Origin: Candidatus Woesearchaeota archaeon | GTDB taxonomy: Archaea > Nanobdellota > Nanobdellia > SCGC-AAA011-G17 > PNOQ01 | Reading direction: 5' to 3' | Length of the DNA: 64,000 nt | Assembly: GCA_964587005.1 (NCBI GenBank) | Contig: CAZPJW010000001.1 | Location: forward strand, 11,986-75,985 | In this document: one piece after another, positions 48,426 to 57,923 of the stretch | Position numbering within the stretch: the stretch's first letter is position 1 | Layout: each line of letters begins with the position of its first letter | Position numbers and translations under genes: made by a program | Notes under the pieces: model-generated | Told to the model about the DNA's origin: nothing | Seen by the model: only the letters and a program-made list of their open reading frames with translations | Database searches by the model: none

Positions 48426-49787
48426 ATGACAGAAAAAGAGAGCCTAACAATTGAAAAAAATAGTAATTTAAAAGACGCACTATTAAATATCGAAGAAAAC
48501 GGAAAGGGAATCGTTCTAGTAAAAGAAAAGCAGAGATTTGTTGGACTATTAACAGATGGAGACATCAGAAGAGCCGTTCTTGACGGAGCAAATCTAAAAA
48601 CCCCGATAGATAGTATAGTCAACCACCATCCAAAAGTTGCAAAAGAAGAAGATTCTTTTGAAGAAATATTATCTCAAATAAATGAAACAGTAAAACACAT
48701 TCCAGTACTAAATAATAAAGGAGAACTAAAAAAATTAATTTCTGTTCCGGTGGTAAAGAGAAATCTAATCTCATTCAACCCAGACAATCTTCTAATTGGG
48801 ATAAATGACACCCTAAAAGACGCAATGCTTGTAAATGAAGAGGGGGGAATGGGAATGGTATTCATAATTGGTCCTCAAAAAAAATTCTTAGGTCTACTTA
48901 CGGACGGAGATATTAGAAGAGCAATACTAAAAGGAAATTCCTTAACTGTCCCCGTAAAAAAATTCTTAACTAAAAACATAACAATCAATGAAAAGTCAAC
49001 ATTCAAAGAAATAAACGATCTAATAAGTGATGAAATAAAAATGCTTCCAGTGTTAGATGACTCCGGCAGACTAGTAAAAATACTCACCGCCCCGGTAGCC
49101 GTAATTCTGCCAACTTATAATGAAAAGGGGAATATAAACAGACTGATAAGTAAAATATCTGAAAAACTATCTGAGAATAAAATAGGGTTTGATATAACTG
49201 TAATAGACGATGATAGTGAAGATGGCACAGCGGAAGAAGTAAAGAAGTCAAATAACAACAATACAGTCAACCTAATAGTAAGAAAAAATGAAAAGGGCCT
49301 AGCATCTGCAATAAAAACCGGAATAAAAAACTCTTTTGGAGATGTGTTAATTTTCATGGATACCGATTTCAATCACAATCCAAAAGACATTCCAAGATTA
49401 CTAGAACACTGTGATCAATATGATATTGTAAACGGCTCAAGATTCATAAAGGGCGGAGGAATGGAAGGAGCAAAACTAAGATGGGTAGCAAGTTTATTTT
49501 TCAACAAATTCTGTAGTCTATTTTTAGGGCTAAAAACAAAAGACAATCAAAGTGGATTTATAGCAATAAAAAAGTCAACTCTAGACAAATTTAATTATGA
49601 CGAAATCTTCTCAGGATATGGAGATTACGCAATAAGGTTATTTTATCTAGCTAAGAAGAAAAACTTAAAAATAAAAGAAATACCCGTTATTTATAGCAAA
49701 AGAACAAGTGGTGAAAGTAAAACGAGATTTGTCAAACACACTATTCAATATCTTAAAACAATTCTAAATCTAAAGGGAGGAATCTAA
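48426..49787 (+). CDS. Fusion: two CBS-pair modules + GT2 Dol-P-sugar synthase-like glycosyltransferase
   Basis: N-terminal repeated blocks LLTDGDIRRAVLDG and LLTDGDIRRAILKG (CBS pairs). C-terminal GT2 region VILPTYNEKGNI...VIDDDSEDGT...FMDTDFNHNP. Confidence 0.65.
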   Translation: MTEKESLTIEKNSNLKDALLNIEENGKGIVLVKEKQRFVGLLTDGDIRRAVLDGANLKTPIDSIVNHHPKVAKEEDSFEEILSQINETVKHIPVLNNKGELKKLISVPVVKRNLISFNPDNLLIGINDTLKDAMLVNEEGGMGMVFIIGPQKKFLGLLTDGDIRRAILKGNSLTVPVKKFLTKNITINEKSTFKEINDLISDEIKMLPVLDDSGRLVKILTAPVAVILPTYNEKGNINRLISKISEKLSENKIGFDITVIDDDSEDGTAEEVKKSNNNNTVNLIVRKNEKGLASAIKTGIKNSFGDVLIFMDTDFNHNPKDIPRLLEHCDQYDIVNGSRFIKGGGMEGAKLRWVASLFFNKFCSLFLGLKTKDNQSGFIAIKKSTLDKFNYDEIFSGYGDYAIRLFYLAKKKNLKIKEIPVIYSKRTSGESKTRFVKHTIQYLKTILNLKGGI

Positions 49788-49788
49788 A

Positions 49789-50832
49789 GTGAAAAGAGCA
49801 TTAATCACTGGAATAACTGGACAAGATGGAGCATACTTGTCAAAATTTTTATTGGAAAAGGGATACCAAGTATTTGGAACCTATAGAAGAATCTCAAGTC
49901 CCAATTTTTGGAGACTCCAGTCAATGGGAGTATTAAACAAAGTAACATTAATACCCGCAGATATGGCAGATAAATCCTCATTATTAGAAGCAATAAAACT
50001 ATCTAATCCTGAAGAAGTATATAATCTAGCAGCACAAAGCTATGTAGAGGCATCTTTTGATCAACCACTATTAACAACAGAAATAGATGGAAGTGGAGCA
50101 ACAAGAGTACTAGAAATAATAAGACATCTAGACAGAAACATAAAATTTTATCAGGCTTCAACAAGCGAGCTATACGGACAAGTAGTAGAAAGCCCTCAAA
50201 GCGAGAGAACTACATTTAACCCAAATTCTCCCTATGCAACGGCAAAATTGCTTTCATTCCATAACACAAAAATCTACAGAAAGGCATATGGAATTTTTGC
50301 ATGTAATGGAATATTGTTCAACCATGAATCCCCATTAAGAGGATTAGAATTTGTAACAAGAAAGATCACAAATGCCGTGGCTAGAATAAAATTAGGACTC
50401 CAAAAAGATCTTGTTTTAGGAAATCTAGAAGCAAAAAGGGATTGGGGTTACGCAAAAGAGTATGTGGAAGCAATGTGGAGAATGCTACAATCTGAAAAAC
50501 CTGAAGATTATGTTGTAGCAACTGGAGAAACTCACTCGGTCAGAGAATTTGTAGAAAAAGCATTCGGCCATGCAAATCTAAACTACGAAGATTATGTAAA
50601 AACCAATAGTGTATTCAAGCGACCCCATGATGTAGAGTTATTATGCGGAAACCCAAGAAAAATAAACGAAGAACTTGGCTGGAAATGCAATGTTAAATTC
50701 GAAGAGTTAGTAAAAATAATGCTAGACGAAGATCTAAACAGGTGGAAAAAATTCCAAAATGGGGAAATGTTCGCTTGGGATGCACCAAACCATCCCCATG
50801 AAATAAACCTGATGCGGAGAGGATCAAAATGA
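49789..50832 (+). CDS. gmd: GDP-mannose 4,6-dehydratase
   Basis: ALITGITGQDGAYLSKFLLEKGYQVFGTYRR with a catalytic YxxxK region. GTG start at 49789, preceded by GGAGG 9 nt upstream. Confidence 0.85.
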   Translation: MKRALITGITGQDGAYLSKFLLEKGYQVFGTYRRISSPNFWRLQSMGVLNKVTLIPADMADKSSLLEAIKLSNPEEVYNLAAQSYVEASFDQPLLTTEIDGSGATRVLEIIRHLDRNIKFYQASTSELYGQVVESPQSERTTFNPNSPYATAKLLSFHNTKIYRKAYGIFACNGILFNHESPLRGLEFVTRKITNAVARIKLGLQKDLVLGNLEAKRDWGYAKEYVEAMWRMLQSEKPEDYVVATGETHSVREFVEKAFGHANLNYEDYVKTNSVFKRPHDVELLCGNPRKINEELGWKCNVKFEELVKIMLDEDLNRWKKFQNGEMFAWDAPNHPHEINLMRRGSK

Positions 50833-51290
50833 ATGGATGGGTTTCGGAGGAAGAATACAAAACAATAGTAAAAAACGTACCTATTTGTTGTGTAGATTTA
50901 GTTATTAGAAATAATGAAGGAAAAGTCCTTTTAGTAAAAAGAAAAAACCACCCCTTAAAAGGCGAATGGTGTGTTCCTGGTGGAAGAATTCTTAGGGGAG
51001 AAAAGATAAAAGATGCTGCCAAAAGAAAAGCAAAAGATGAGTTAGGATTAGATCTAGAAGTAAAAGATAAAATAGGTACATATGAGTTATTCTTCGAAAA
51101 ATCCGCACACGGACCAGAAATTGGCGCACACTCAATTTGCATCGCGGTAGAAACAACACCCACAAACTCAGAAGAAATAACTCTAGATGGAGATCACTCA
51201 GAATATGAGTTCTTCGATAAAATAGAAGAAGACTGGCACCCATATGTAAAGGAAATCATAAAAAAAAGTGGAAACGATACGAATAGCTGA
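50829..51290 (+). CDS. NUDIX hydrolase (GDP-mannose mannosyl hydrolase-like)
   Basis: GEWCVPGGRILRGEKIKDAAKRKAKDELGL is a Nudix box. Length 153 aa. Directly downstream of gmd. Confidence 0.65.
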   Translation: MNGWVSEEEYKTIVKNVPICCVDLVIRNNEGKVLLVKRKNHPLKGEWCVPGGRILRGEKIKDAAKRKAKDELGLDLEVKDKIGTYELFFEKSAHGPEIGAHSICIAVETTPTNSEEITLDGDHSEYEFFDKIEEDWHPYVKEIIKKSGNDTNS

Positions 51291-52374
51291 ACCGGACATA
51301 AGTGGAAATGAACTAAAATATTTAACAGAATGTATAGAAACTAATTGGATCTCCTCTTCAGGAAGTTTTGTAAAAAAGTTTGAAGAAAAGTTTGCAGAAT
51401 ATTGTGGAACAAAATACGCAACAAGCTGTAGCAATGGAACAGCGGCACTCCAATTATCATTACTAGCACTAGGAGTAAAGAAAGGCGATGAAGTAATAAC
51501 CCCAAATTTAACATTTGGAGCAACTGTGAGTGTAATAAAACATTGTAATGCCACTCCAATTCTAGCAGACATTGACAAAAAAACATGGAACATTTCTGGG
51601 AGGGAAATAGAGAGAAATATCACACCAAAAACAAAGGCAATAATGCCAGTACATTTATATGGAAATTCTTGTAATATGAAAGAAATCCAAGAAATCGCAC
51701 AAAAATATGATCTAAAAGTAATTGAAGATGCAGCAGAAGCTCACGGAGCGGAGTATGACTCAAAAAAAGTAGGGAGTATTGGAGATGTAGGATGCTTTAG
51801 TTTCTTTGGAAATAAAATCATAACAACTGGAGAAGGCGGAATCTGTACATCAAATGACAAAGAATTAATCAAAAAAATAGATCTTCTAAAAAATCATGGC
51901 ATGACTAAAGAAAAAAGATATTGGCATGACGTAATCGGTCACAATTTCAGACTAACAAATATCCAAGCAGCAATCGGATTAGCACAAATAGAAAAGATAG
52001 AAGAATTCAACAAAAAAAGAGATTCATTAGCAAAGTTATACAAAGAAAACCTAAAAAATTTAAGTGAGATAGAATTCCAAGAGATTACAGAAAATTCAAA
52101 ACCCGTTTATTGGATGTTTCCAATATCATTAACTGAAGATGCAAATATCAACGTAGATCAATTAGCAGAAAAATTAAGAGAAAATGGAATAGAAACAAGA
52201 AAAATATTCCACCCATTGCACAAAATGCCAGTATATCTTGACTTATCAGAATACCCCCATTCAGAACTAGTCTACAAAAAAGGGCTAATCCTGCCCATGC
52301 ATAACCTACTAAAAGAAGAACAAGTAAATTATATTTGCGAAACTCTAAAGAAAATAATCACCGGGTTCCACTAA
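51268..52374 (+). CDS. DegT-family aminotransferase, probable GDP-perosamine synthase
   Basis: Full DegT fold (GDEVITPNLTFGATVSVI...DAAEAHGAEY...FSFFGNKIITTGEGG). Position after gmd and the NUDIX gene fits GDP-4-keto-6-deoxymannose 4-aminotransferase. Confidence 0.7.
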   Translation: METIRIAEPDISGNELKYLTECIETNWISSSGSFVKKFEEKFAEYCGTKYATSCSNGTAALQLSLLALGVKKGDEVITPNLTFGATVSVIKHCNATPILADIDKKTWNISGREIERNITPKTKAIMPVHLYGNSCNMKEIQEIAQKYDLKVIEDAAEAHGAEYDSKKVGSIGDVGCFSFFGNKIITTGEGGICTSNDKELIKKIDLLKNHGMTKEKRYWHDVIGHNFRLTNIQAAIGLAQIEKIEEFNKKRDSLAKLYKENLKNLSEIEFQEITENSKPVYWMFPISLTEDANINVDQLAEKLRENGIETRKIFHPLHKMPVYLDLSEYPHSELVYKKGLILPMHNLLKEEQVNYICETLKKIITGFH

Positions 52375-53830
52375 CTAATTCCTTTATTTCTCCAAAACTA
52401 ACCACTTTTAAAATTAATATAAACATTAAATAAACAATCCCTCCCAAGAACAAAATAAAAGCAAACTCGAAGATATTATTTACCTCAATCAAATTTCTCA
52501 GATAAAAAACAACCCAAACAAAAATTATTCCACTAATGAAGGTCTTTACCCAATCAAAAAAAGGCAAACTCACATTAACAAATTTTCCAACCCTTTTGGA
52601 AGACATTATCAAAACAGTAAGATATGCCAGACTAGTAGCAATCGCAGCACCATTTATCCCAAAAGAAGGTATCAAAACCAAATTCAAAAATATATTAAGA
52701 ACGGCAGCAATCAAAACAAATTTAGTAACTAATCTTGGCCTACCAACTGCAGAAATAATGCTATTATTTATTGTAGCTACAGAAAATAAAATCATTCCAA
52801 TAGAAAGAATTTGTAGAGACAAAGAACCAACAACAAATGCTTCTCCAAATAAATATCTTAAAATAGAATCCGAAAAAGTAAAAACAATCAAACTTAATGG
52901 AACGACTACTACAAATATATTTTTATAAATAGTTTTTATTATCCGACTTAACTCTTCAAATTTCTTGCTTGCCCAATATTCCGAAACAAAAGGCAACATA
53001 ACTAAAGCTAAAGAACTTCCTAAACTAATTAACAACATTGCAGTTGGCAAAACAACATTATAAATTCCAACTTCTTCTAATGTTCTAAAACTAGTCAACA
53101 TCAAAGTATCAATCTGAGCAATAACAGTAAACCCAATAGCAGCAAGTAACAAAGGAAACCCATAATTAAGTAGCTTTTTCTTTAATTTGCCAGAAAAATC
53201 ATCTTTATATTTAAAATAGCTAAATATCTTCAAAAACATAAATATCCCAAAAATCAAACAAATAGTCACAGAAATCAAATAAGCAACAGCAGGAGCTAAA
53301 ACCCCATACTTAGAAAAAATAAACACTCCAAACAAAACAAAAAGATTAACTAAAAACATATCTAATGAATACAATTTACTCTTCTGAAAACCAAAAAATA
53401 TAGATACTATGGTCCCATACAAAGAATAAATAATAAAGAAAACAGAAAGAATATATAGCATTGGCTTTGCATCCGCAATTCCAAAATAATTCTTAACTAG
53501 AAAGTCAGAAAATAAAATAAAAAATAATGAAATAATCAAAGTGACAACAAAATTAATTAACAAAACAAATTTAATAGAGGATTTTATCCTCCCATATTGC
53601 TTATTAACTAAAAACTCTGGAATAAATTTTCTCAAAGAATAATCCGTTCCAAAGTCTCTAATAACTAAAAAGAAAGAAACAAATGTAAAAACTGCATAAA
53701 ATAAACCAAATTCTTCTAAACTCAACTGTCTAGACAATACCATCCTAATAAAATATCCTAAGAAATAAGCTATAAACCCGACAAAGAAAACAAGAACTGC
53801 ATCCAATACCAGTTTTTTACCTCTAGCCAT
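52358..53830 (-). CDS. Oligosaccharide flippase (Wzx / MOP superfamily polysaccharide biosynthesis protein)
   Basis: 490 aa with 12-14 TM helices. Polysaccharide-biosynthesis-protein family topology. Confidence 0.6.
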   Translation of the reverse strand: MARGKKLVLDAVLVFFVGFIAYFLGYFIRMVLSRQLSLEEFGLFYAVFTFVSFFLVIRDFGTDYSLRKFIPEFLVNKQYGRIKSSIKFVLLINFVVTLIISLFFILFSDFLVKNYFGIADAKPMLYILSVFFIIYSLYGTIVSIFFGFQKSKLYSLDMFLVNLFVLFGVFIFSKYGVLAPAVAYLISVTICLIFGIFMFLKIFSYFKYKDDFSGKLKKKLLNYGFPLLLAAIGFTVIAQIDTLMLTSFRTLEEVGIYNVVLPTAMLLISLGSSLALVMLPFVSEYWASKKFEELSRIIKTIYKNIFVVVVPLSLIVFTFSDSILRYLFGEAFVVGSLSLQILSIGMILFSVATINNSIISAVGRPRLVTKFVLIAAVLNIFLNLVLIPSFGINGAAIATSLAYLTVLIMSSKRVGKFVNVSLPFFDWVKTFISGIIFVWVVFYLRNLIEVNNIFEFAFILFLGGIVYLMFILILKVVSFGEIKELVSGTR

Positions 53831-53870
53831 ACAAAATTGGACTTAGAAGCGGTTTAAAAATCTTATGAAA

Positions 53871-54722
53871 TTAGAAAAATAAGGGTGTTAGATAAACTTC
53901 AATAAACGCAGCAATAATCAAAATAGCAACAGCAATTAAGCTCAAATCTAGAGCATCCTTCAAAATCCCTTTAAATTTTGCTCCCTCCAAATCTCTATTA
54001 ATCATAGCAACAGAGATTATCCCTCCTGCCAAACCTGCAATAAAATATGCCGCAATCTCCGGAATACCATGTAGGGCGTATCTAAACAGCCCGAGTGACA
54101 AAAATTGAAAATAATGAAATATATTAGTGGCTCCCGCCGCTAAAGCAACCTCTGCCAGTTTATCTTTAACAAATGTACCAATTGCTGCACCAATAACAGA
54201 AGCATTCCAAGTCAGAATAAATATTGCCCCGGCACCATAAAAGAAAGAAAAAAACAAACAAAACAACATAACTTTAAAATTATTAAAAAATATTTGTAAA
54301 AAAACTCCTCCCGAACTAATTGCTGCTCCCGAAATCTGATTATTTATCGCCTCTATTGTTTGAAGTTGTGAAGAAAACAAATTCTGAACCATAGAACCAG
54401 GCAAAACTATAAACCACAAAGAATACGCCAAAACATAACCCATAAACAAAGCCAACAAGTATTTTATAACATGGGCATGTTCTTTTAAAATTTCCCCCTC
54501 ATTTTTTAACTCAATATCAACTTTCTCTTCCCTCTTAATAGATTTATACATAAAAGGAATAGAAGCAATTACAGTAAGAAAAACCATAATCATACTTGGA
54601 GAGCTTCTAAAAATCCAGGTAGCTAAAAACAAAGCTATGCTAGCATATAAAAACCCCACAAAAAACATCCTACTGGGATGTTGAGCAGCCTTACTTGGGT
54701 TAATAATTGACTCCAAAGCCAT
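53871..54722 (-). CDS. Membrane protein, DUF95/SpoIIM-like
   Basis: 283 aa with 6 TM helices. Layout resembles the SpoIIM (DUF95) family. Confidence 0.4.
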   Translation of the reverse strand: MALESIINPSKAAQHPSRMFFVGFLYASIALFLATWIFRSSPSMIMVFLTVIASIPFMYKSIKREEKVDIELKNEGEILKEHAHVIKYLLALFMGYVLAYSLWFIVLPGSMVQNLFSSQLQTIEAINNQISGAAISSGGVFLQIFFNNFKVMLFCLFFSFFYGAGAIFILTWNASVIGAAIGTFVKDKLAEVALAAGATNIFHYFQFLSLGLFRYALHGIPEIAAYFIAGLAGGIISVAMINRDLEGAKFKGILKDALDLSLIAVAILIIAAFIEVYLTPLFF

Positions 54723-54887
54723 ATTCTTGTAATTTACTAAATCAATTTATATAACTTTTGGTAATGCTAAATCAAAACAGTTATAAGTATATTCTTTCTA
54801 AAAAAATAGTAAATGCTAGTTAATTCTAGTAAAAAAGAGGTGTGAAAAGATTATAAAAAAACAAGTTTTTTAATAATTGCGACGTTA

Positions 54888-56426
54888 GTGATCGCAGCAT
54901 ATTTAGTTTACGCTGCAGCAGGAGTATCTTCGACAACACCATTTGAACCAGTAAACAAAACAGTATCTACTACAGGAAACATAACTTTTAATTGTACAGC
55001 AACAGCAAATGCAACAGGATTCATTCACAACATTACGTTATTCATATGGAATGAAAGTGAAACCCCTGTACTGTACAATGTAACAAGTAACACAACTAAT
55101 GGAAGTGTTGGTGGAACGGTAACTGCAATCTGGGAAGCATCCGCAGTACCAGATATGCATGAAGAAGTAGACGGCCAATTTGGAGCTGGTGCCAATTACT
55201 CATATACATGGGGCTGTTATGCTCTTTCAAACGAAAGTGCAACGGGAGATTGGTCCGCAAACAGATCGTTCCAAGTTGATTGGGACCCAGTAAATCTTAT
55301 CTACCCACCAAACAAGACCTGGTTTACAACTGATTCAATAAGTGTATTTGCTTGTAATGCAACAACATATTTGACATCAACATTGATAAACACAACACTA
55401 TATGTATGGAACAATAGTGCAGATTACGATGTATTTAATGTGTCAAGTAATACAACAAATGGAACAGACGATACAGCTGAAACACTATTAAGAAACTACA
55501 CGGTATACAACTTCTCTGAAAAGAGAGGTTTAAACTACACATGGACATGTTTAGCAGAAGATAACCATTCGGCTAACAGATCTATCGACCACCTAAATAT
55601 GACATGGGGATACCAAAACTACACATTTGGTGTGGATTTGACAAATCCAAACGTATCTATATGGGCACCAAATAATGGAAGCTCCTACAGTGGACCAGTA
55701 AACTTTATCTTCAATGTAAGTGACTTAAACAACGTATCAAATTGTAGTTTATACATTGACGGAACCGAACAAGTATTCAAAGGAAACTCCACAAAAGGAT
55801 TCAATATAACAGTTTCTGCAGAGCCAGCCCAGTCTAGTTTAAATAGCTGGCATATTGGTTGTTATGACGAATCTGGAAGACAAGGTAACTCAACTACATG
55901 GACCCTATACTACGCACAAAGTAGTGGTGGAAGTGACAATGGCGGATCAAGTGGTACGAATCATGACGTGGAAATTTCAACAAGTGGAATAACTAAAACA
56001 ATGCAAAGAAGAGACTCACTGACTTTCGACTCCAACGGAGATTCACATAAACTAACTATAGACACAATCTACACAGATAGTGTAAAGGTAAAAATAGAAT
56101 CAAACCCAGTTTATGTAATCCTAGATGACGGAGAAACAATAAACTACGACTTAGATGGAGATGCAAACCACGACATAACTGTAACTTCAAATCGAATAAG
56201 CAGTAGCAAGGTAAGCATAACTCTAAAGAAATATGTAGAACCTTCCGGAACAGATACAACAGAAGAAACTGAAGAAGACGAGATAACTGGAGAAGTAATT
56301 TCAGATTCGCCTGAAGAAGACGCAGAGGAAGGGGAAACAACAAGTTATACATTCGTTTGGTGGATTATTGGAGCAATAGTTATTCTTGCAATAGTATACA
56401 CACTAAGGAAGAAGAAACGTCGTTAA
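54888..56426 (+). CDS. Heavily N-glycosylatable surface protein with C-terminal TM anchor and basic tail
   Basis: About 35 N-X-S/T sequons in 512 aa (NKTVSTTGNITFNCTATANATGFIHNITLFIWNESETPVLYNVTSNTTNGS...). C-terminus has an acidic linker, then TM (FVWWIIGAIVILAIVYTL), then RKKKRR. The track start is a GTG. The in-frame upstream codons KDYKKTSFLIIATLV would give a better signal peptide but lack ATG/GTG/TTG. Confidence 0.55.
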   Translation: MIAAYLVYAAAGVSSTTPFEPVNKTVSTTGNITFNCTATANATGFIHNITLFIWNESETPVLYNVTSNTTNGSVGGTVTAIWEASAVPDMHEEVDGQFGAGANYSYTWGCYALSNESATGDWSANRSFQVDWDPVNLIYPPNKTWFTTDSISVFACNATTYLTSTLINTTLYVWNNSADYDVFNVSSNTTNGTDDTAETLLRNYTVYNFSEKRGLNYTWTCLAEDNHSANRSIDHLNMTWGYQNYTFGVDLTNPNVSIWAPNNGSSYSGPVNFIFNVSDLNNVSNCSLYIDGTEQVFKGNSTKGFNITVSAEPAQSSLNSWHIGCYDESGRQGNSTTWTLYYAQSSGGSDNGGSSGTNHDVEISTSGITKTMQRRDSLTFDSNGDSHKLTIDTIYTDSVKVKIESNPVYVILDDGETINYDLDGDANHDITVTSNRISSSKVSITLKKYVEPSGTDTTEETEEDEITGEVISDSPEEDAEEGETTSYTFVWWIIGAIVILAIVYTLRKKKRR

Positions 56427-56429
56427 AAT

Positions 56430-56455
56430 TTCTTTTTTCTTTTTTTTTCTAAGAA
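56430..56455 (+). terminator. Oligo-T archaeal terminator
   Basis: tttcttttttctttttttttct lies immediately after the surface-protein stop. Confidence 0.45.
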
Positions 56456-56487
56456 ACTTTTTTAAACCCAAAAAATAAAATTTACTT

Positions 56488-57291
56488 ATGAATAAATTCA
56501 ATAAAATTTACAAAGACATAAAATCTCTAAAAACACAGGGGGCCAACAATATAGCACTGGCCGGGTTAAGTGCATTAGAATTAAATCCTTCTAAAAAATC
56601 AATAAAGAAGATATTATCCACGAGACCAACAGAACCCACTCTAAAAAATGCAATAACTTTTGCTAGATTAACTGATATAGAAACTGCGAAAAATTATTTA
56701 TTAGATTCAAAAAAAAGGACAATTGAACTAACATCATCACTCATAAAAAATAATCAAAAAATATTCACCCACTGCCATTCATCTACTATAGTGGATGCTC
56801 TAAAAGAAGCCAAAAAACAAGGAAAGAAGTTTGAAGTACTAAACACAGAAACAAGACCAATATACCAAGGTAGAAAAACTTCTTTAGAATTAGCAAAAGC
56901 AAAAATAAAGAATACTCATTTCGTAGACTCTGGGGCAGAAGAAGCGATTTCCCGGTCAGACATAATCCTTCTTGGGGCAGATATGATTGCTCCTACGGGA
57001 GAAATTGCAAATAAAATAGGCTCGGAATTAATAGCGAAGCTAGCAAAACAACATAAAGTCCCAGTGTACATAGTAACAAGTGCATGGAAATACTCTCCAA
57101 AAAAACTAAAAATAGAAGAAAGAGACCCAAAAGAAGTATGGAACAAAAAAAATAAATTCATAAACATACGAAATCCAGCATTCGAACTAATAAATCCAAA
57201 AGACATAACTGCGATAATCTCAGGATTAGGAATTCTAAAACCAAAAAAACTAACAAAAAAAATCAAAAAAACATATTCTTGGATAAAATGA
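56488..57291 (+). CDS. eIF-2B alpha/beta/delta-family protein, probable ribose-1,5-bisphosphate isomerase
   Basis: N-terminal GANNIALAGLSALEL and C-terminal LGADMIAPTGEIANKIGSELIAKLAKQHKVPVYIVTSAWKY match the IF-2B / MtnA family. Confidence 0.55.
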   Translation: MNKFNKIYKDIKSLKTQGANNIALAGLSALELNPSKKSIKKILSTRPTEPTLKNAITFARLTDIETAKNYLLDSKKRTIELTSSLIKNNQKIFTHCHSSTIVDALKEAKKQGKKFEVLNTETRPIYQGRKTSLELAKAKIKNTHFVDSGAEEAISRSDIILLGADMIAPTGEIANKIGSELIAKLAKQHKVPVYIVTSAWKYSPKKLKIEERDPKEVWNKKNKFINIRNPAFELINPKDITAIISGLGILKPKKLTKKIKKTYSWIK

Positions 57292-57923
57292 TAATTTGCT
57301 TCGATTTAGATGGAACTTTAGTAAATACAGAAAAATGGATAGTTGACGCAACAATAGCCGCCCTAAAAAAACATAATCTAAAAATAAAAAAAGAAGATTT
57401 ATACAAACAATGGGGGGAGGTCTTACATACTGCATTAAAGAAATCATATCCAAAACTAACAAAAGCAGAGATAGAAGAAATAATTATAGATTTCGAAATA
57501 GAACGAAAAAACACAATACATAAAATAAAACCTTTCAAAAATACAAAAAAAATTCTAAAAGAATTATCAAAAAAGTATACGCTATGTATACTAAGTAACA
57601 ATCCTCACCCAGTTATAACCAAAATATTAAAAATTGCAAAGATAGATAAAAATTTATTTTCAATAATCATAGGGGATGATGAAGTAAAACGACCAAAACC
57701 ATTTCCAGATGAGATATATAAAGCAGAGAGAAAATTCAAAAAAAAGATACAGTTCATGGTTGGAGACTCAAAACAAGATATAAAAACTGCAAAAGCAGCA
57801 AGAGTAAAATCTATAATTATCTTAACCACTCCAAAACCATACTGGAAAAATTTAAAAGAAGCAGACTACAAAATTAAAGATATAAAAGAAATTCCCAAAC
57901 TAATAAAAGAGGTAATCAGATGA
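57279..57923 (+). CDS. HAD-superfamily phosphatase
   Basis: MIICFDLDGTLVNT is HAD motif I (DxDGT). Downstream LSNN and GD motifs. Confidence 0.7.
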   Translation: MDKMIICFDLDGTLVNTEKWIVDATIAALKKHNLKIKKEDLYKQWGEVLHTALKKSYPKLTKAEIEEIIIDFEIERKNTIHKIKPFKNTKKILKELSKKYTLCILSNNPHPVITKILKIAKIDKNLFSIIIGDDEVKRPKPFPDEIYKAERKFKKKIQFMVGDSKQDIKTAKAARVKSIIILTTPKPYWKNLKEADYKIKDIKEIPKLIKEVIR

